A stretch of 64,000 nucleotides of DNA. Source: a virus (taxonomy: Duplodnaviria; Caudoviricetes). The stretch lies in IMG/VR virus record IMGVR_UViG_3300031170_000001, positions 5,977-69,976 of that record; one strand, given 5' to 3'. Position 1 is the stretch's first letter, and every line of letters starts with the position of its first letter. Shown here piece by piece: positions 1 through 9,621 of the stretch. The notes under the pieces were generated by a model, which saw only the letters and a program-made list of their open reading frames with translations, did no database searches and had not been told where the DNA came from. The position numbers and the translations under genes were made by a program.

Positions 1-392
1 ATCGAGCCATTGGCGCTGTCCTGTACGCAGGCCGTGGCGAAATCGTCGTCAAACGCCAGCGCCGGATCACCCATGTTGTCGCTAAAAGGCGTCTTGACCG
101 CTACCCGCATCAAAGTCCGCTGATTGGTGCTGATGATGACGCTGGTGCCCAATGGGGTGGGCACCTCGTTGCGGTTGGGGTAAAGCGGCAAAATGATCCT
201 GTCGCGCGCCCATAGCTGGATGCCGAGATTAAGCATCTCGCTCATCATCACGTTGAACGTGTCGAAGGCGATGGCGACCGTTTCCGAAGTCCACTTGATA
301 GCCGGGACACCACAACGCCGAAGCGCCGACTCCATCATCTGGCGGGCGGTATAGGGGACAAGTGCGCCTGTGTTATTGCCCGAAAGGCTCAT
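1..392 (-). CDS. Putative head-tail adaptor/tail tubular protein (runs off window start)
   Basis: Hand-translated open frame MSLSGNNTGALVPYTARQMMESALRRCGVPA...; ATG at 392; lies downstream of the capsid genes. Confidence 0.55.
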   Translation of the reverse strand, partial: MSLSGNNTGALVPYTARQMMESALRRCGVPAIKWTSETVAIAFDTFNVMMSEMLNLGIQLWARDRIILPLYPNRNEVPTPLGTSVIISTNQRTLMRVAVKTPFSDNMGDPALAFDDDFATACVQDSANGS

Positions 393-413
393 TCTTGCGC
401 TCCTGTCCCGACA

Positions 414-713
414 CTACCCCGCCTGTAGAATACGCGCCGTAACGGTCCCTGTTCCAGCGTTGACGATCCGGACTGCCGTCACCGGGGCCGTAAGCACGGT
501 CTGCGAGGCTGCAACCTCCGTCACCATGTCCGTACTGTCGAACCAGTTGACGATGGGGACGCTTACGTCGTCGTAGGTGACTTGCAGCTTATAGCTGACC
601 ACACCGGACGCTATGCCAGCGGCAACCACTACCTGAAACGGCGATATATTCTGATCAAGGGCAATCGCACTGCCGTTCGCCGCGCCAACGACCGTCGTCG
701 TGATCGGCCTCAT
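414..713 (-). CDS. Small putative virion protein
   Basis: ORF 414..743; better start is ATG 713 (MRPITT) with a GGAGG RBS; beta-rich; follows the MCP. Confidence 0.6.
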   Translation of the reverse strand: MRPITTTVVGAANGSAIALDQNISPFQVVVAAGIASGVVSYKLQVTYDDVSVPIVNWFDSTDMVTEVAASQTVLTAPVTAVRIVNAGTGTVTARILQAG

Positions 714-736
714 CGGACGCCTCCACGTAAAAGGGC

Positions 737-761
737 GGCCCACCCCTTACGAGGGTGGGCC
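737..761 (-). terminator. Hairpin/likely intrinsic terminator after the major capsid gene
   Basis: GGCCCACCC-CTTACGA-GGGTGGGCC 9-bp stem, followed on the minus strand by GCCCTTTT. Confidence 0.55.
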
Positions 762-779
762 ACGAGTCCCCTCATCAGA

Positions 780-1694
780 CTATGCGCCCGGCGTGCCCCA
801 CACGGTGCGCCAGTTGGTCCAACCCGCATCCCAACGGGAAGTACACTTGTAGCGCATCGTATCGGTGGCGAAGTCGCCTTCCATGGACTTCTGCGCCATC
901 CTACGGGTGATGAACTGCAAGCCCATCTGTTCGTCGGTCTTGATGAACCATGCTGTGGCCGACAGGAGGCGGGTAATCACCTCGTAGCCGTCCGGCAGGG
1001 CCTTGGTCGATGCAATGGCGTTGATGGCGTTGCTGCCCACCGTGCCGGTCGTCAGGGCCGACTTGGTGACACGCTCGGCCTGCCACTCGTTTTCCGGCGA
1101 CACCAGCAACTTGCGCGGGGTGATGCGGACGAACTTGCGGTCGTTGTCCATCGACTTGCGAATTTGAGTCAGCATCGACTCAAGGCTGGTTTCCGACAAG
1201 GCGGCTGGGGTTGCCAGAAGATTGCTGCCAACACCGCCAATGATCGGGTGCGAAGCTGAGCAAAGCGGCTGTCCATCGCCACCCAGATAGGCTCCGTTGA
1301 AGGCCCGGTTGAGGACGTTGGCAGCAACCGTTTCCTCGGTTTCCGCCATGCCCTGACCCATCTGCTCGGAATAGATGCGGCCAATCGAGATGTGATCGCC
1401 GTCTTCCACCAGCACCTTGGTAAGGCCGAAAGCAATGCCGTACTGAAGGAAGGTATAGGTTTTGTTGAAGACCACGCCGCCGGACTTGTACGTTACCGGC
1501 CCGCCTTCACCCATCGCGGGTGCTGAGCCAAGGCCGTACATGACCGGCTCCATCTGGTAAGCCCGCTGGATACCGGGCTTGACGCGCATGAACGTGCGGT
1601 ACTCCTTGCGAAGTTCATACACGCCATCGAAATGTTCACTAAGGATCGGCTCGACCAGAATACGGAACTGGGCGCTATTCATCGGGGTAGGCAT
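780..1694 (-). CDS. Major capsid protein (HK97 fold, Mu gpT-like family)
   Basis: 304 aa; motifs GLGSAP..GEGGPVTY, YGIAFGLT..LVED, AANVLNRAF, GGDGQPLCSASHP, RYKCTSRWDAGWTNWR..WGTPGA. Confidence 0.9.
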   Translation of the reverse strand: MPTPMNSAQFRILVEPILSEHFDGVYELRKEYRTFMRVKPGIQRAYQMEPVMYGLGSAPAMGEGGPVTYKSGGVVFNKTYTFLQYGIAFGLTKVLVEDGDHISIGRIYSEQMGQGMAETEETVAANVLNRAFNGAYLGGDGQPLCSASHPIIGGVGSNLLATPAALSETSLESMLTQIRKSMDNDRKFVRITPRKLLVSPENEWQAERVTKSALTTGTVGSNAINAIASTKALPDGYEVITRLLSATAWFIKTDEQMGLQFITRRMAQKSMEGDFATDTMRYKCTSRWDAGWTNWRTVWGTPGA

Positions 1695-1792
1695 CGGGAA
1701 GTCCCCAAACTATCAACGTCACAGGCCGCTTACTCGGGCAGGGCCGTAGGTGCCAGAAAAGCTCAAACCCGGCCCCGGAGGGCCGGGGAGGG

Positions 1793-2359
1793 TTAGGCAA
1801 TCGGCAGGGCCGGAGTCAGCCGAACACGAACGATAGTGAAAGCGTCGCCCCAAGCATTATCGGGATATCCCGCAATGTTCTGGACGATGAACGTGCCGGG
1901 GGTAGCACCCGTGGTCGTGGCGGCAAGGGCTTGGCTGCTGATGCCGGTGTAGACGGAGCCTGTGGGCGTGGCAGAGGCGAGGTTAATCGCTTCACCCAAC
2001 GCAGTCTGGGCTACCGGACCATTCGCCTGACCTTCAAGAATGGCCTGCGAATCGAACGGCGTGTATTCCGCCCACATCGGCGTACCGGCATCGAAAGTCT
2101 GCCCGGCTGGCCAATACGGCAGCTTGAACGGCCGATTGCCCGAAATGAAGAAACAGCCGCAGAAAAGACCAACGCACGGGGCGGCAACCGGCGTTGGCAT
2201 CAGCTTGCCGGTAGCCGGATCGATACTGACTGCACTGCCGGTATAGATGGGCAACGCCTGCCCAGAAGCGATGCCATTGGCGAGCGTCTCGATACGGGGC
2301 TCGCCAGACGGATGATAGACGTAGCGTAGGCCAAACGGTGCCGCTGGTGCTGCACTCAT
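1793..2359 (-). CDS. Putative capsid decoration/cement protein
   Basis: APFGLRYV start motif; immediately upstream of the MCP; ATG 2359 has a GGAGG RBS. Confidence 0.6.
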   Translation of the reverse strand: MSAAPAAPFGLRYVYHPSGEPRIETLANGIASGQALPIYTGSAVSIDPATGKLMPTPVAAPCVGLFCGCFFISGNRPFKLPYWPAGQTFDAGTPMWAEYTPFDSQAILEGQANGPVAQTALGEAINLASATPTGSVYTGISSQALAATTTGATPGTFIVQNIAGYPDNAWGDAFTIVRVRLTPALPIA

Positions 2360-2399
2360 GGAGCTTCCCTCCAAAGAGAAATCACGACAGATTGATTGC

Positions 2400-2580
2400 T
2401 CGCGGAGGTGGCTATCGACCCGTCGCCACGGGGACTGCCTGCCTGAGTCGCCGGGTAGCTAAGTCTTTGCGGGGCTCTACTGCCACATCCACCAATGATC
2501 AGTCGGCGGACTCACAACGGTTTCCCGTAAAGACCAAACTCGTCCCCGGCGAGGGATGAGCCCTACAATCTAGGCTCAAC
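2400..2580 (-). ncRNA. Candidate structured 5' leader of the capsid operon (pseudoknot)
   Basis: Non-coding gap with several stems, two of which cross (see findings). Confidence 0.4.
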
Positions 2581-2647
2581 TTATTGTACCCGTCAATCCC
2601 GTAACCCACAGTCATGGTATAGATTAGAGATAGACAATAGGTGCCCC

Positions 2648-3331
2648 ATGCAATCAGGCTTTGCGGCTATCCTTCTTGCATTGATTAGCGGCACTGCGTT
2701 GGCGCAAGTAAATAACCCTAACACCAACGTCATCAACAACCCGCTGACCAACAATCCCGGCCCAGTCACCGCCAATACATCCGCGACACTGAGCGGCAGC
2801 AGCACCGTCACCAACCCCAGCGCCACCGGGGGCACAGGAGGCGCATCGGGCTCTTCCAGCGTGTCGGTGACAACGGGTGCTCAAACCACGACTTATCCGG
2901 CCAATCAAACCATAACCAGCGTGCCCTTCGTGTATGTGCCAGCGGTCAACACCGGAAATAGCTGTGCGCTGGGTGTCAGTGCCGGTGCCTCATGGCTGGG
3001 CGCAGGATTTGCCGTTGGTACGGCGTGGGAGAGCATGCAGTGCGAGCGGCGACAGGTGGCGGCGCTGCTGTGGAACATGGGCACGCCAGAAAGCCGGGCC
3101 GCCGCCAAGGAAGTGCTGTGCAATACGCCTGAGATACGCGACGCCTACAGGACCATTGGCCAGCCTTGCGCCAAGGATATGTCGAAGGTCGAAGGACCGG
3201 CCAAGTCCACCACCATCACCAAAGTAGCCTCGGTAGTGTTCGACCCCGGTGCCTACTCATCCGCTGCCGACTGCCTGACGGCAGCACATGCCCAAGGCGC
3301 TCCCCTGTCACTCTGCGGAGACAAAAAATGA
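2648..3331 (+). CDS. Exported phage protein with signal peptide and Cys-patterned C-terminal domain
   Basis: N-terminal signal peptide (ALISGTALAQ), low-complexity linker, SCALGVS...CERRQ...VLC pattern; ATGA overlap with the endolysin. Confidence 0.7.
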   Translation: MQSGFAAILLALISGTALAQVNNPNTNVINNPLTNNPGPVTANTSATLSGSSTVTNPSATGGTGGASGSSSVSVTTGAQTTTYPANQTITSVPFVYVPAVNTGNSCALGVSAGASWLGAGFAVGTAWESMQCERRQVAALLWNMGTPESRAAAKEVLCNTPEIRDAYRTIGQPCAKDMSKVEGPAKSTTITKVASVVFDPGAYSSAADCLTAAHAQGAPLSLCGDKK

Positions 3332-3765
3332 TCATCCACTTCACGCAGGCAGAATTTCTGTCAAGCGACACCGCTGACCTTCAAGGGATCAACAACTATC
3401 CAACTTGGGAAATTACCCGGAATCTTGAACGTCTGGCCCGTGTCATGGAGCTAATCCGCTCCGGTCTGGGCGATAAACCAGTGTCGATCCTGTCGGGCTA
3501 CCGCTGCCCCGAAGTCAATTCGGCAGTCGGCGGGGCCACCAACTCGGCCCACTTATACGGGCTTGCCTGTGACTTCATCATCCCAGACTTCGGCACGCCG
3601 CTCGATATCTGTCTGGCGATTGAGCCACACATGGGCTTTCTCCAGATTGACCAGTTAATCTGGGAGTTCTCGGATTGGGTCCATCTCGGGTTGGCAGTCG
3701 ATGGTGAGCCACGGCATGAGTGCCTCACCATCAACAACAGCGGCACATCTGTAGGCTTCGGCTAG
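3328..3765 (+). CDS. Endolysin, peptidase M15 family
   Basis: SGYRCPEVNSAVGGATNSAHLYGLACD and DQLIWEF..WVHLG zinc-peptidase motifs; ATG 3328. Confidence 0.9.
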   Translation: MIIHFTQAEFLSSDTADLQGINNYPTWEITRNLERLARVMELIRSGLGDKPVSILSGYRCPEVNSAVGGATNSAHLYGLACDFIIPDFGTPLDICLAIEPHMGFLQIDQLIWEFSDWVHLGLAVDGEPRHECLTINNSGTSVGFG

Positions 3766-4472
3766 GTTTCAAACTGCCGTGGCGGGCGGCGAAGGTCGCG
3801 CAACGTCTCCATGCCGGGGGCCATCCGGGTTGTGCCGCCCATGTCACGGACTTGTGCGCCTGCCGCCTCTAGCTGATCGTAGATACCGCGTTCCTGATCC
3901 ATCGGCTTATCATGGTGGTTTTCCCGCATGATCATGCGGATGCCTTCCTGATCGATTTCCATGGCAATCATCTCGCGCCACATCAGGCAGTCCTTGTAGA
4001 TGCTGGTAGCATCGATCACGGCATACTCGTCGGCGTGCCAGTTTTCCTTCTGGGCCTGCTCATATTTGAAAAACCAGTAACCCATCCGCATACGCCGATG
4101 CGGGGTATCGACGTTGTGCGTAGTCGATATCCAGCAACGGTGAAAGCCCTCTCGATGAGGCAACTTGGGCAGCACCGTGTCGTTCATAACCTCTTGCATG
4201 CGCTTGCGGCGCTCTGGATCGGTACGCTCGGCGGCGCGGTCCCATTCGTCGTTTGACCATGCCCCCCGGCTTCCCCCGCGTGCGGCTTCGACGCCCGTGT
4301 CGCGGTAAGCCAGACGGGCTTCTTCTTCGGCCACCAGACGGCGGGCATCGTCCAACCGTTCCTGACGTTCCATCGCCTCTTGCTTGCGGACTTCCGATTC
4401 CGCGACTTCCTCGGCAGTCGGCATGCTCAAATCGTTGCTGCTGGGAATACCGGGCTGGAGTGTCTTGGCCAT
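3762..4472 (-). CDS. Conserved phage head-region protein
   Basis: 236 aa; LPKLPHREGFHRCWISTT...RMRMGY motif; position between scaffold and capsid genes. Confidence 0.75.
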   Translation of the reverse strand: MAKTLQPGIPSSNDLSMPTAEEVAESEVRKQEAMERQERLDDARRLVAEEEARLAYRDTGVEAARGGSRGAWSNDEWDRAAERTDPERRKRMQEVMNDTVLPKLPHREGFHRCWISTTHNVDTPHRRMRMGYWFFKYEQAQKENWHADEYAVIDATSIYKDCLMWREMIAMEIDQEGIRMIMRENHHDKPMDQERGIYDQLEAAGAQVRDMGGTTRMAPGMETLRDLRRPPRQFET

Positions 4473-4482
4473 GGTCAGTCTC

Positions 4483-5658
4483 CTAATTCATGCCGCGTCG
4501 GCGCAGGGTTTCGGCTCCCTTGCGCCACTTGCCAACGATGCGGTCGCGCTTGGCAACGGATGCCTCGTCCAGATTTTCTTCCAGCAAACCCTCGTCGCGC
4601 AGGGCGTCACGCTGCCATTCGGACAGGGCATAACCGCCGCCATTGCCTCGGGTTGATCGTCCTGAGCCGGTTGGCGGACCAGCCCGCCTGACGGCAACGT
4701 CCTGTCCCAACAGGGGGCGACCACCGTTGCCCCCATTCAGACGACGACGGGCGGCATTACGATCTTCCGCCTCGTCAGTGTCCTGATCACCGCCCCTGTC
4801 GGGGTTCAGCCCATACTTCGACATACGACTCTCCATCGTCGTCCAGAATGCCTGCGTCTGGCGTTGATACCCTTGCGTCAGAAGCTCGGCATCGATGGCG
4901 CGCACGATGTTGCAGTCTGCATCGGGGCTTTCCGGGTCAAACCACGGGAAACGCTCCTGAAACCGCTCAAACTTCTCGTCCACCGCTTCCTTGATCGCCG
5001 GATCGATTTGTTGCTGTTGCGGCATGGAAGGTGGCAGAGGTTGAGCCTGCTGCGGCACCTGACCGCCTTCGGTCATCCGCACACGCTGCTGCTTGGTCCC
5101 CCACAGACGGGTAATCACCTCGTCACGGAGCTTGTTCACCTCGGCGTACTTGGCACCGTTGTTGGTCGCCACCGCATCGGCCAATTCCTGATCGGCCATG
5201 CGGAGCGCCTGTTCAAGATTGCCAATCTGGCCGTCCAGACTGTTGGCCGCCAACCCCACCTGACCGTAGGTGAGCCGCTGGACGACGCCGCCCAACTGCT
5301 GAATCTGGTTGGTTAGCTCCTCAATCCGCTGCTCTTGCAGGCGATTGTATTCGCGGTTACGGGCGTTGCGGCGGGCACGACGCGACTTGGATTCACGTTC
5401 TTCCGGCGGTCCTTCGCCTGAGTCTTCGTAGGCCAGTCGGGAGTCTTCTTGGTCGAACTCCTCGGCTGGTTTCTCACGACTTGTCGGTTTGTCGGACGTA
5501 ACGTCCCAATCGGCACTGTCCTCGCTGGGCGAGATTTCCAGATTGGCACCGTCAGTGTCGCCGCCAACCAGTGCTACGTCATCGCCAGCTTCCGCTTCGT
5601 CAGGCAGGGAAAATTCTTCGTGCTTCCCGCCGTCGCCGCGTCTTACGGGTACTGCCAT
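4483..5658 (-). CDS. Putative capsid scaffolding protein
   Basis: 391 aa; acidic N-terminus, long coiled coil, basic C-terminus; downstream of the portal. Confidence 0.65.
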   Translation of the reverse strand: MAVPVRRGDGGKHEEFSLPDEAEAGDDVALVGGDTDGANLEISPSEDSADWDVTSDKPTSREKPAEEFDQEDSRLAYEDSGEGPPEERESKSRRARRNARNREYNRLQEQRIEELTNQIQQLGGVVQRLTYGQVGLAANSLDGQIGNLEQALRMADQELADAVATNNGAKYAEVNKLRDEVITRLWGTKQQRVRMTEGGQVPQQAQPLPPSMPQQQQIDPAIKEAVDEKFERFQERFPWFDPESPDADCNIVRAIDAELLTQGYQRQTQAFWTTMESRMSKYGLNPDRGGDQDTDEAEDRNAARRRLNGGNGGRPLLGQDVAVRRAGPPTGSGRSTRGNGGGYALSEWQRDALRDEGLLEENLDEASVAKRDRIVGKWRKGAETLRRRGMN

Positions 5659-5667
5659 GGTAAGCCC

Positions 5668-6141
5668 CTAGATAAGTGTTTTGATGACCAACGGATCGCC
5701 GTAGATCACGCCAATCACGTCGGCATCGTTCATGGTCATAAACAACGCCTCACGATTCCATTCGTCCTTGAGCGCAACGGCAATACGGTCGCCGCCGTAT
5801 TGCGGGCAACGGATAAACTGACCGGGCACGCACCAATCGCCTTCGGGCCACGGCTCCATGGTCGCGCGGTTCTTGAAGGCTGCCGGTCCCAATGCGCGGA
5901 CCAAGGCCGTCTGTGTACGGAATTTCTCGGCATCGACCGATTCGTCGGGATACCAAAACTTGTTGCCATTGGCCAAAACCTTGAACGAGCCGGGGGTCCT
6001 AAGCTGGACCAGAATGCGGGTGCCTACCGGATGGTAAGGCGGGTCCACGTCCGGATAATTCATCTGATAGCTCTCGGTGTAGGCGTCTCCGAGAAGCTCC
6101 TTGACGGTGTTCACCACCGGAATGATTTTATCGCGCGGCAC
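5668..6141 (-). CDS. GroES/Cpn10-like co-chaperonin
   Basis: PVGTRILVQ...ALVRALGPAAF...WCVPGQFIRCPQYGG...MNDADVIGV matches the Cpn10 strand pattern. Confidence 0.8.
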   Translation of the reverse strand: MPRDKIIPVVNTVKELLGDAYTESYQMNYPDVDPPYHPVGTRILVQLRTPGSFKVLANGNKFWYPDESVDAEKFRTQTALVRALGPAAFKNRATMEPWPEGDWCVPGQFIRCPQYGGDRIAVALKDEWNREALFMTMNDADVIGVIYGDPLVIKTLI

Positions 6142-6347
6142 TAAAACTCCTTTTCTCGTTTATCCTGTTCTGCCGCTTCCGTCTCGACGTGCTGCTCAAG
6201 CTGCCGCTGCAACATCTCAAGGGCGAACAGCATCCCGTGCAACCGGCCAAACGCAAACTCGGTGCGGCGACCTTCATCGGGCAGGCGAAGCTCGTCATAG
6301 ACCAACTGCTGACGCATCTGGTCTATCAGAGCGAAAACATACTCCAC
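6141..6347 (-). CDS. Hypothetical protein
   Basis: 68 aa ORF coupled to its neighbours. Confidence 0.65.
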   Translation of the reverse strand: MEYVFALIDQMRQQLVYDELRLPDEGRRTEFAFGRLHGMLFALEMLQRQLEQHVETEAAEQDKREKEF

Positions 6348-6350
6348 GCG

Positions 6351-6479
6351 CTAGTTGCGCTTGGTCGTCGGAGCCGGGGCCGTCGCCTTGGTCTGGGCTT
6401 CCTTGACACCCTGTCCCGAAGCCAGATTGACTTTCAATCTCGTCGGTCCCGGCGGTAGCGGTACTTTCTTCTCAGCCAT
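6351..6479 (-). CDS. Small basic hypothetical protein (42 aa)
   Basis: Hand-translated MAEKKVPLPPGPTRLKVNLASGQG...; GGAG RBS. Confidence 0.5.
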   Translation of the reverse strand: MAEKKVPLPPGPTRLKVNLASGQGVKEAQTKATAPAPTTKRN

Positions 6480-6481
6480 GA

Positions 6482-6643
6482 TTATCTCCGTGCGCCACGT
6501 TTGATGATCTTGCCGCCCTTGGCTTTCTTGCGCGCCGTATTGAGCGCAATGGCAACGGCCTGTTTCTGAGGCTTGCCCGCCGCCATCTCTGTCTTGATGT
6601 TCCGGCTGACGGTTTCTTTGCTTGAGCCTTTTAGCAGCGGCAT
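6482..6643 (-). CDS. Small basic phage protein (MPLxKG...GKPQKQAVAIAL type)
   Basis: Hand-translated 53 aa MPLLKGSSKETVSRNIKTEMAAGKPQKQAVAIALNTARKKAKGG...; RBS present. Confidence 0.75.
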   Translation of the reverse strand: MPLLKGSSKETVSRNIKTEMAAGKPQKQAVAIALNTARKKAKGGKIIKRGARR

Positions 6644-6668
6644 TATTTGCTCCCTCGTTATATTGGCG

Positions 6669-6911
6669 TCAACGACGCTTCGTCGGTCCTCCCCGACAAA
6701 ATGCCGGATCGTCGTGGTGACGGGGCATCGGGGCGCAGCCGTGCGTGGTGCCGCCCTTGCTGAAGGCGCGCGCCGGAATGGCCGTATCGAGCATGGCAGT
6801 CGGGTTCATGCCCTGCTTCTCGCCGCTGGGCAGTCGCATCGAGGCCGGTGCTGTCATCTTGGGCGGTCGGCCCAATCGGGTGAAGATGTTACGATTTCTT
6901 GCCACTGGCAC
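6669..6911 (-). CDS. Small basic hypothetical protein
   Basis: 80 aa; overlaps the portal stop; contains FSKGG. Confidence 0.5.
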   Translation of the reverse strand: MPVARNRNIFTRLGRPPKMTAPASMRLPSGEKQGMNPTAMLDTAIPARAFSKGGTTHGCAPMPRHHDDPAFCRGGPTKRR

Positions 6912-9621
6912 CTCCTGTCGGCTTGGGCTTCAGCTTGGCTGCCTGAATGGTCGCCTGATTGCGCGCATCCGCTATAGACTCAGCCGATTCATGACCCATT
7001 GAAGCGATGCTTTGACTTGATTGATGACCCGCCGCAGCAATACTTTCAGACGATTCATGCCCAGCCCCGGCAATGGTTAGCTGAGTATTATCGCGGTTTT
7101 CCGCGATAGTCTCGCGCGAAACACGGTCTTCCTCGGAATGATGGTCCGTCTGCTGCATTTTCTGGGCTTCCAGCATCAGCTTCAACTGACCCATCCGCTC
7201 ATCGATATCCTGCTGGCGACGCTCGATTTCGGCGTTTGTATTGGTTTGATGGGCCTTCAAGGCGGCGTCCTGCTTGGACTTTTCCATGCGCGAACGAATG
7301 TCGATGACCTTGGCCTGTGTGTCGGCCTTGTCCTTCTCGCGCTGCCGTTGCACGTCGTCCTGAGCCACCATACTGGGGTCCATGGGGACCGGCGGGGCCA
7401 GCTTCTTCAGCAAGTCCTTGGCCTCCATGATGATCTCGGGAACGTCGCCCATCTCCTCCTTGGCAAGCTCAAACACCTGATCGTCCAACTCGTCCATCAT
7501 GCGGTCGAGCGGAACCTCGGTGCCAGTGGCCATGAATGAATCCAGCGTAATGTCAGGATTTTTTGTCTGGATACGTAGCGCCTGAGTGGCCGCTTCAAGC
7601 ATGGCATCGGAATACCACATCGCAACGTGTTCACCGATATGGTTGATGATGACAGGGATGAACTTCTCTGCCAGTGCCGGATTGGAGCCAAAGATCGGGT
7701 CTTCAAGATATTTCTTGTGCATCTTGATATGGGCTTCGTGGTCCTGACCGGGAAACGCCTTGAGCGGTCCGCCACTGGACGCCGTGACATTCTCCGCCAC
7801 CGCATTGAGTTGCTTCGGGATCGGATTGGGCACTAGGAACTGATCGGGGTTCGTCACCCCGTACTGGCGCAGGAAATTCGCCTCGGTGGCGCGCACGTTG
7901 TAAATCGGGATTTGCGCTTGGTGCATCATCTGGGCACGCTGGGCGATGGTCTGGGCCATCGCCTTGCGCTGCAAGTCCGAGAAGATGCGCGGATCGCTGA
8001 CCGGGATGACGACCATCGGACCCTTGAAGTCCTCCGGGTTGACCGTCAGTTCGCCGTGCTGATCGATGATGGTCTGCGGTGTGAGCGTGTCGCCGTTCAC
8101 TTGATAGAGCCACTTCAGGAACAGCCGCATCGAACGATGGAGCCGTCCATGCACGGCCCCAAAGTTCTTCAAACCCTGTTCGATGAACATCTGGGCCGTA
8201 CCAACGGGCGTCTGCGCGTTGATTTTGTCGTATTCATCGAAAGTGGTCCGGACCACGCCCCGCCCTGCATCGACAAGAAAACCCAGAAGTTGGAATAGGA
8301 CGGGGGAAGGCTCATTGAATTTGAACGGCATGAACGTCTTGCGGATGTCGTCCTGTGCCAGCGATCCTTGGATTTCGGTAATCTCGGTGACTCTGGGCGT
8401 GATGTTCTGAGCACCGGCCGTCGAACCACCCTTCAGGCGCGCGCCTGTCTGGGTGGTGTTAAGCATGGCCGAATCCAAAAGGGCGCGCAGCGTGCCGGTC
8501 GCAGCACCGCTAAGCGAGCCAATGATGTGGGTCATGCCCACCGGATAGCCGCCACGCCACGGCCAAAACGGCCATTCGATCAGGAAGATGAGCCGTTGCT
8601 TGGTGTTGTCGTCCTCGCGCCAGTTGCGATAGATCGACAGTATCTTGCGGGCTTCCACGTCGATGGTGACGAGGTAGGGCTCCAGCACACCGTCGTCGTC
8701 GTCCAGCAACGACATGACGACCGAAGTCTCGTAGACCGGACGGATGCCGTCGAGGTTCTGGCTCGGTGTCTTGCGGCCTATGATGCGGTCATTGGCCTGT
8801 TCCGAATCAGTCTCGTCGGGGATTTGGGTGCCCGTTTGCGTAGAAACGTCGATGGCCGCGATCCAGAGTCCCTTAGCGACATTAGCGCGATACGTCCATT
8901 TATCGATATTTTGGGCGTGAGTGATACGGACTTGGGAATAGAAGTCGCCATCGTTCCAAGGCCGATACACCAAGTCGATGGGAACGAACGAAACCGCAGG
9001 AGTGCCGTTATCTTCATACCCTTTGGTGTAGAACGCGCCTCCCAGAGGGCATTGGGTGAAACCCACCTCGAATTCATGGTAAGCACTGCTCATCTGTTCG
9101 GTCATTTGCCAGTTCATGTAGCGGGTGACGCGCTTGGCCCGCTCATTCTTCTGGTCGTTCTCATCTCCTACTATGGCAGCTTTGACAGGTCCATCGGGCG
9201 GCAGCATCTCGTTCATCACGCCGCCGCCAAAGTCGATGGCGGCTTCCAGCAGCAACGGATGGACGGCACGACTGGCACCGGGGAAGTTGGCACCGCCCAC
9301 GTTGTTGGAGCCCATGCCGGTGCGATTGAGCCCTTCCTCATACTGCTTGTCACGGTCCTCCCGGCTCTCCTTGTCCATGTCGATGGCTTCAAGAAGATCG
9401 AAGCAGATTTCATCGAGCCTAGTCTGATCGAGGGTCGCCGCCAGATTGTCGAAGTGGCTGACTTGCGCCGGGCCGGGGGCGGCACTGGGCGGGATCACCG
9501 TGGCCTGCCCGTCGTCGCCAATGATCACCTGATTGCCCATCGGACGAACGTCGGTCAGGCGCGATGGCCCACCCCTGCCGGGCTGGGCGAACGGATCGAA
9601 TCCGGCTGATTGATCGGTCAC
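6889..9621 (-). CDS. Portal protein
   Basis: 910 aa; ASRAVHPLLLEAAIDF, GPVKAAI, MNWQMTE, LIFLIEWPFWPWRGGYPVGM, TPVGT motifs of P22/T7-like portals; coiled-coil tail. Confidence 0.85.
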   Translation of the reverse strand: MTDQSAGFDPFAQPGRGGPSRLTDVRPMGNQVIIGDDGQATVIPPSAAPGPAQVSHFDNLAATLDQTRLDEICFDLLEAIDMDKESREDRDKQYEEGLNRTGMGSNNVGGANFPGASRAVHPLLLEAAIDFGGGVMNEMLPPDGPVKAAIVGDENDQKNERAKRVTRYMNWQMTEQMSSAYHEFEVGFTQCPLGGAFYTKGYEDNGTPAVSFVPIDLVYRPWNDGDFYSQVRITHAQNIDKWTYRANVAKGLWIAAIDVSTQTGTQIPDETDSEQANDRIIGRKTPSQNLDGIRPVYETSVVMSLLDDDDGVLEPYLVTIDVEARKILSIYRNWREDDNTKQRLIFLIEWPFWPWRGGYPVGMTHIIGSLSGAATGTLRALLDSAMLNTTQTGARLKGGSTAGAQNITPRVTEITEIQGSLAQDDIRKTFMPFKFNEPSPVLFQLLGFLVDAGRGVVRTTFDEYDKINAQTPVGTAQMFIEQGLKNFGAVHGRLHRSMRLFLKWLYQVNGDTLTPQTIIDQHGELTVNPEDFKGPMVVIPVSDPRIFSDLQRKAMAQTIAQRAQMMHQAQIPIYNVRATEANFLRQYGVTNPDQFLVPNPIPKQLNAVAENVTASSGGPLKAFPGQDHEAHIKMHKKYLEDPIFGSNPALAEKFIPVIINHIGEHVAMWYSDAMLEAATQALRIQTKNPDITLDSFMATGTEVPLDRMMDELDDQVFELAKEEMGDVPEIIMEAKDLLKKLAPPVPMDPSMVAQDDVQRQREKDKADTQAKVIDIRSRMEKSKQDAALKAHQTNTNAEIERRQQDIDERMGQLKLMLEAQKMQQTDHHSEEDRVSRETIAENRDNTQLTIAGAGHESSESIAAAGHQSSQSIASMGHESAESIADARNQATIQAAKLKPKPTGGASGKKS

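Noticed and set aside
2400-2580. Hammerhead ribozyme (CTGATCA resembles CUGAUGA)
   Set aside because: Core C3-G8 pair broken and no correctly placed GAAA/NUH with three stems
6940-7080. Three 11-aa repeats (GHESSESIA-like) at the portal C-terminus
   Set aside because: Short low-complexity helical tail; no evidence of a distinct function
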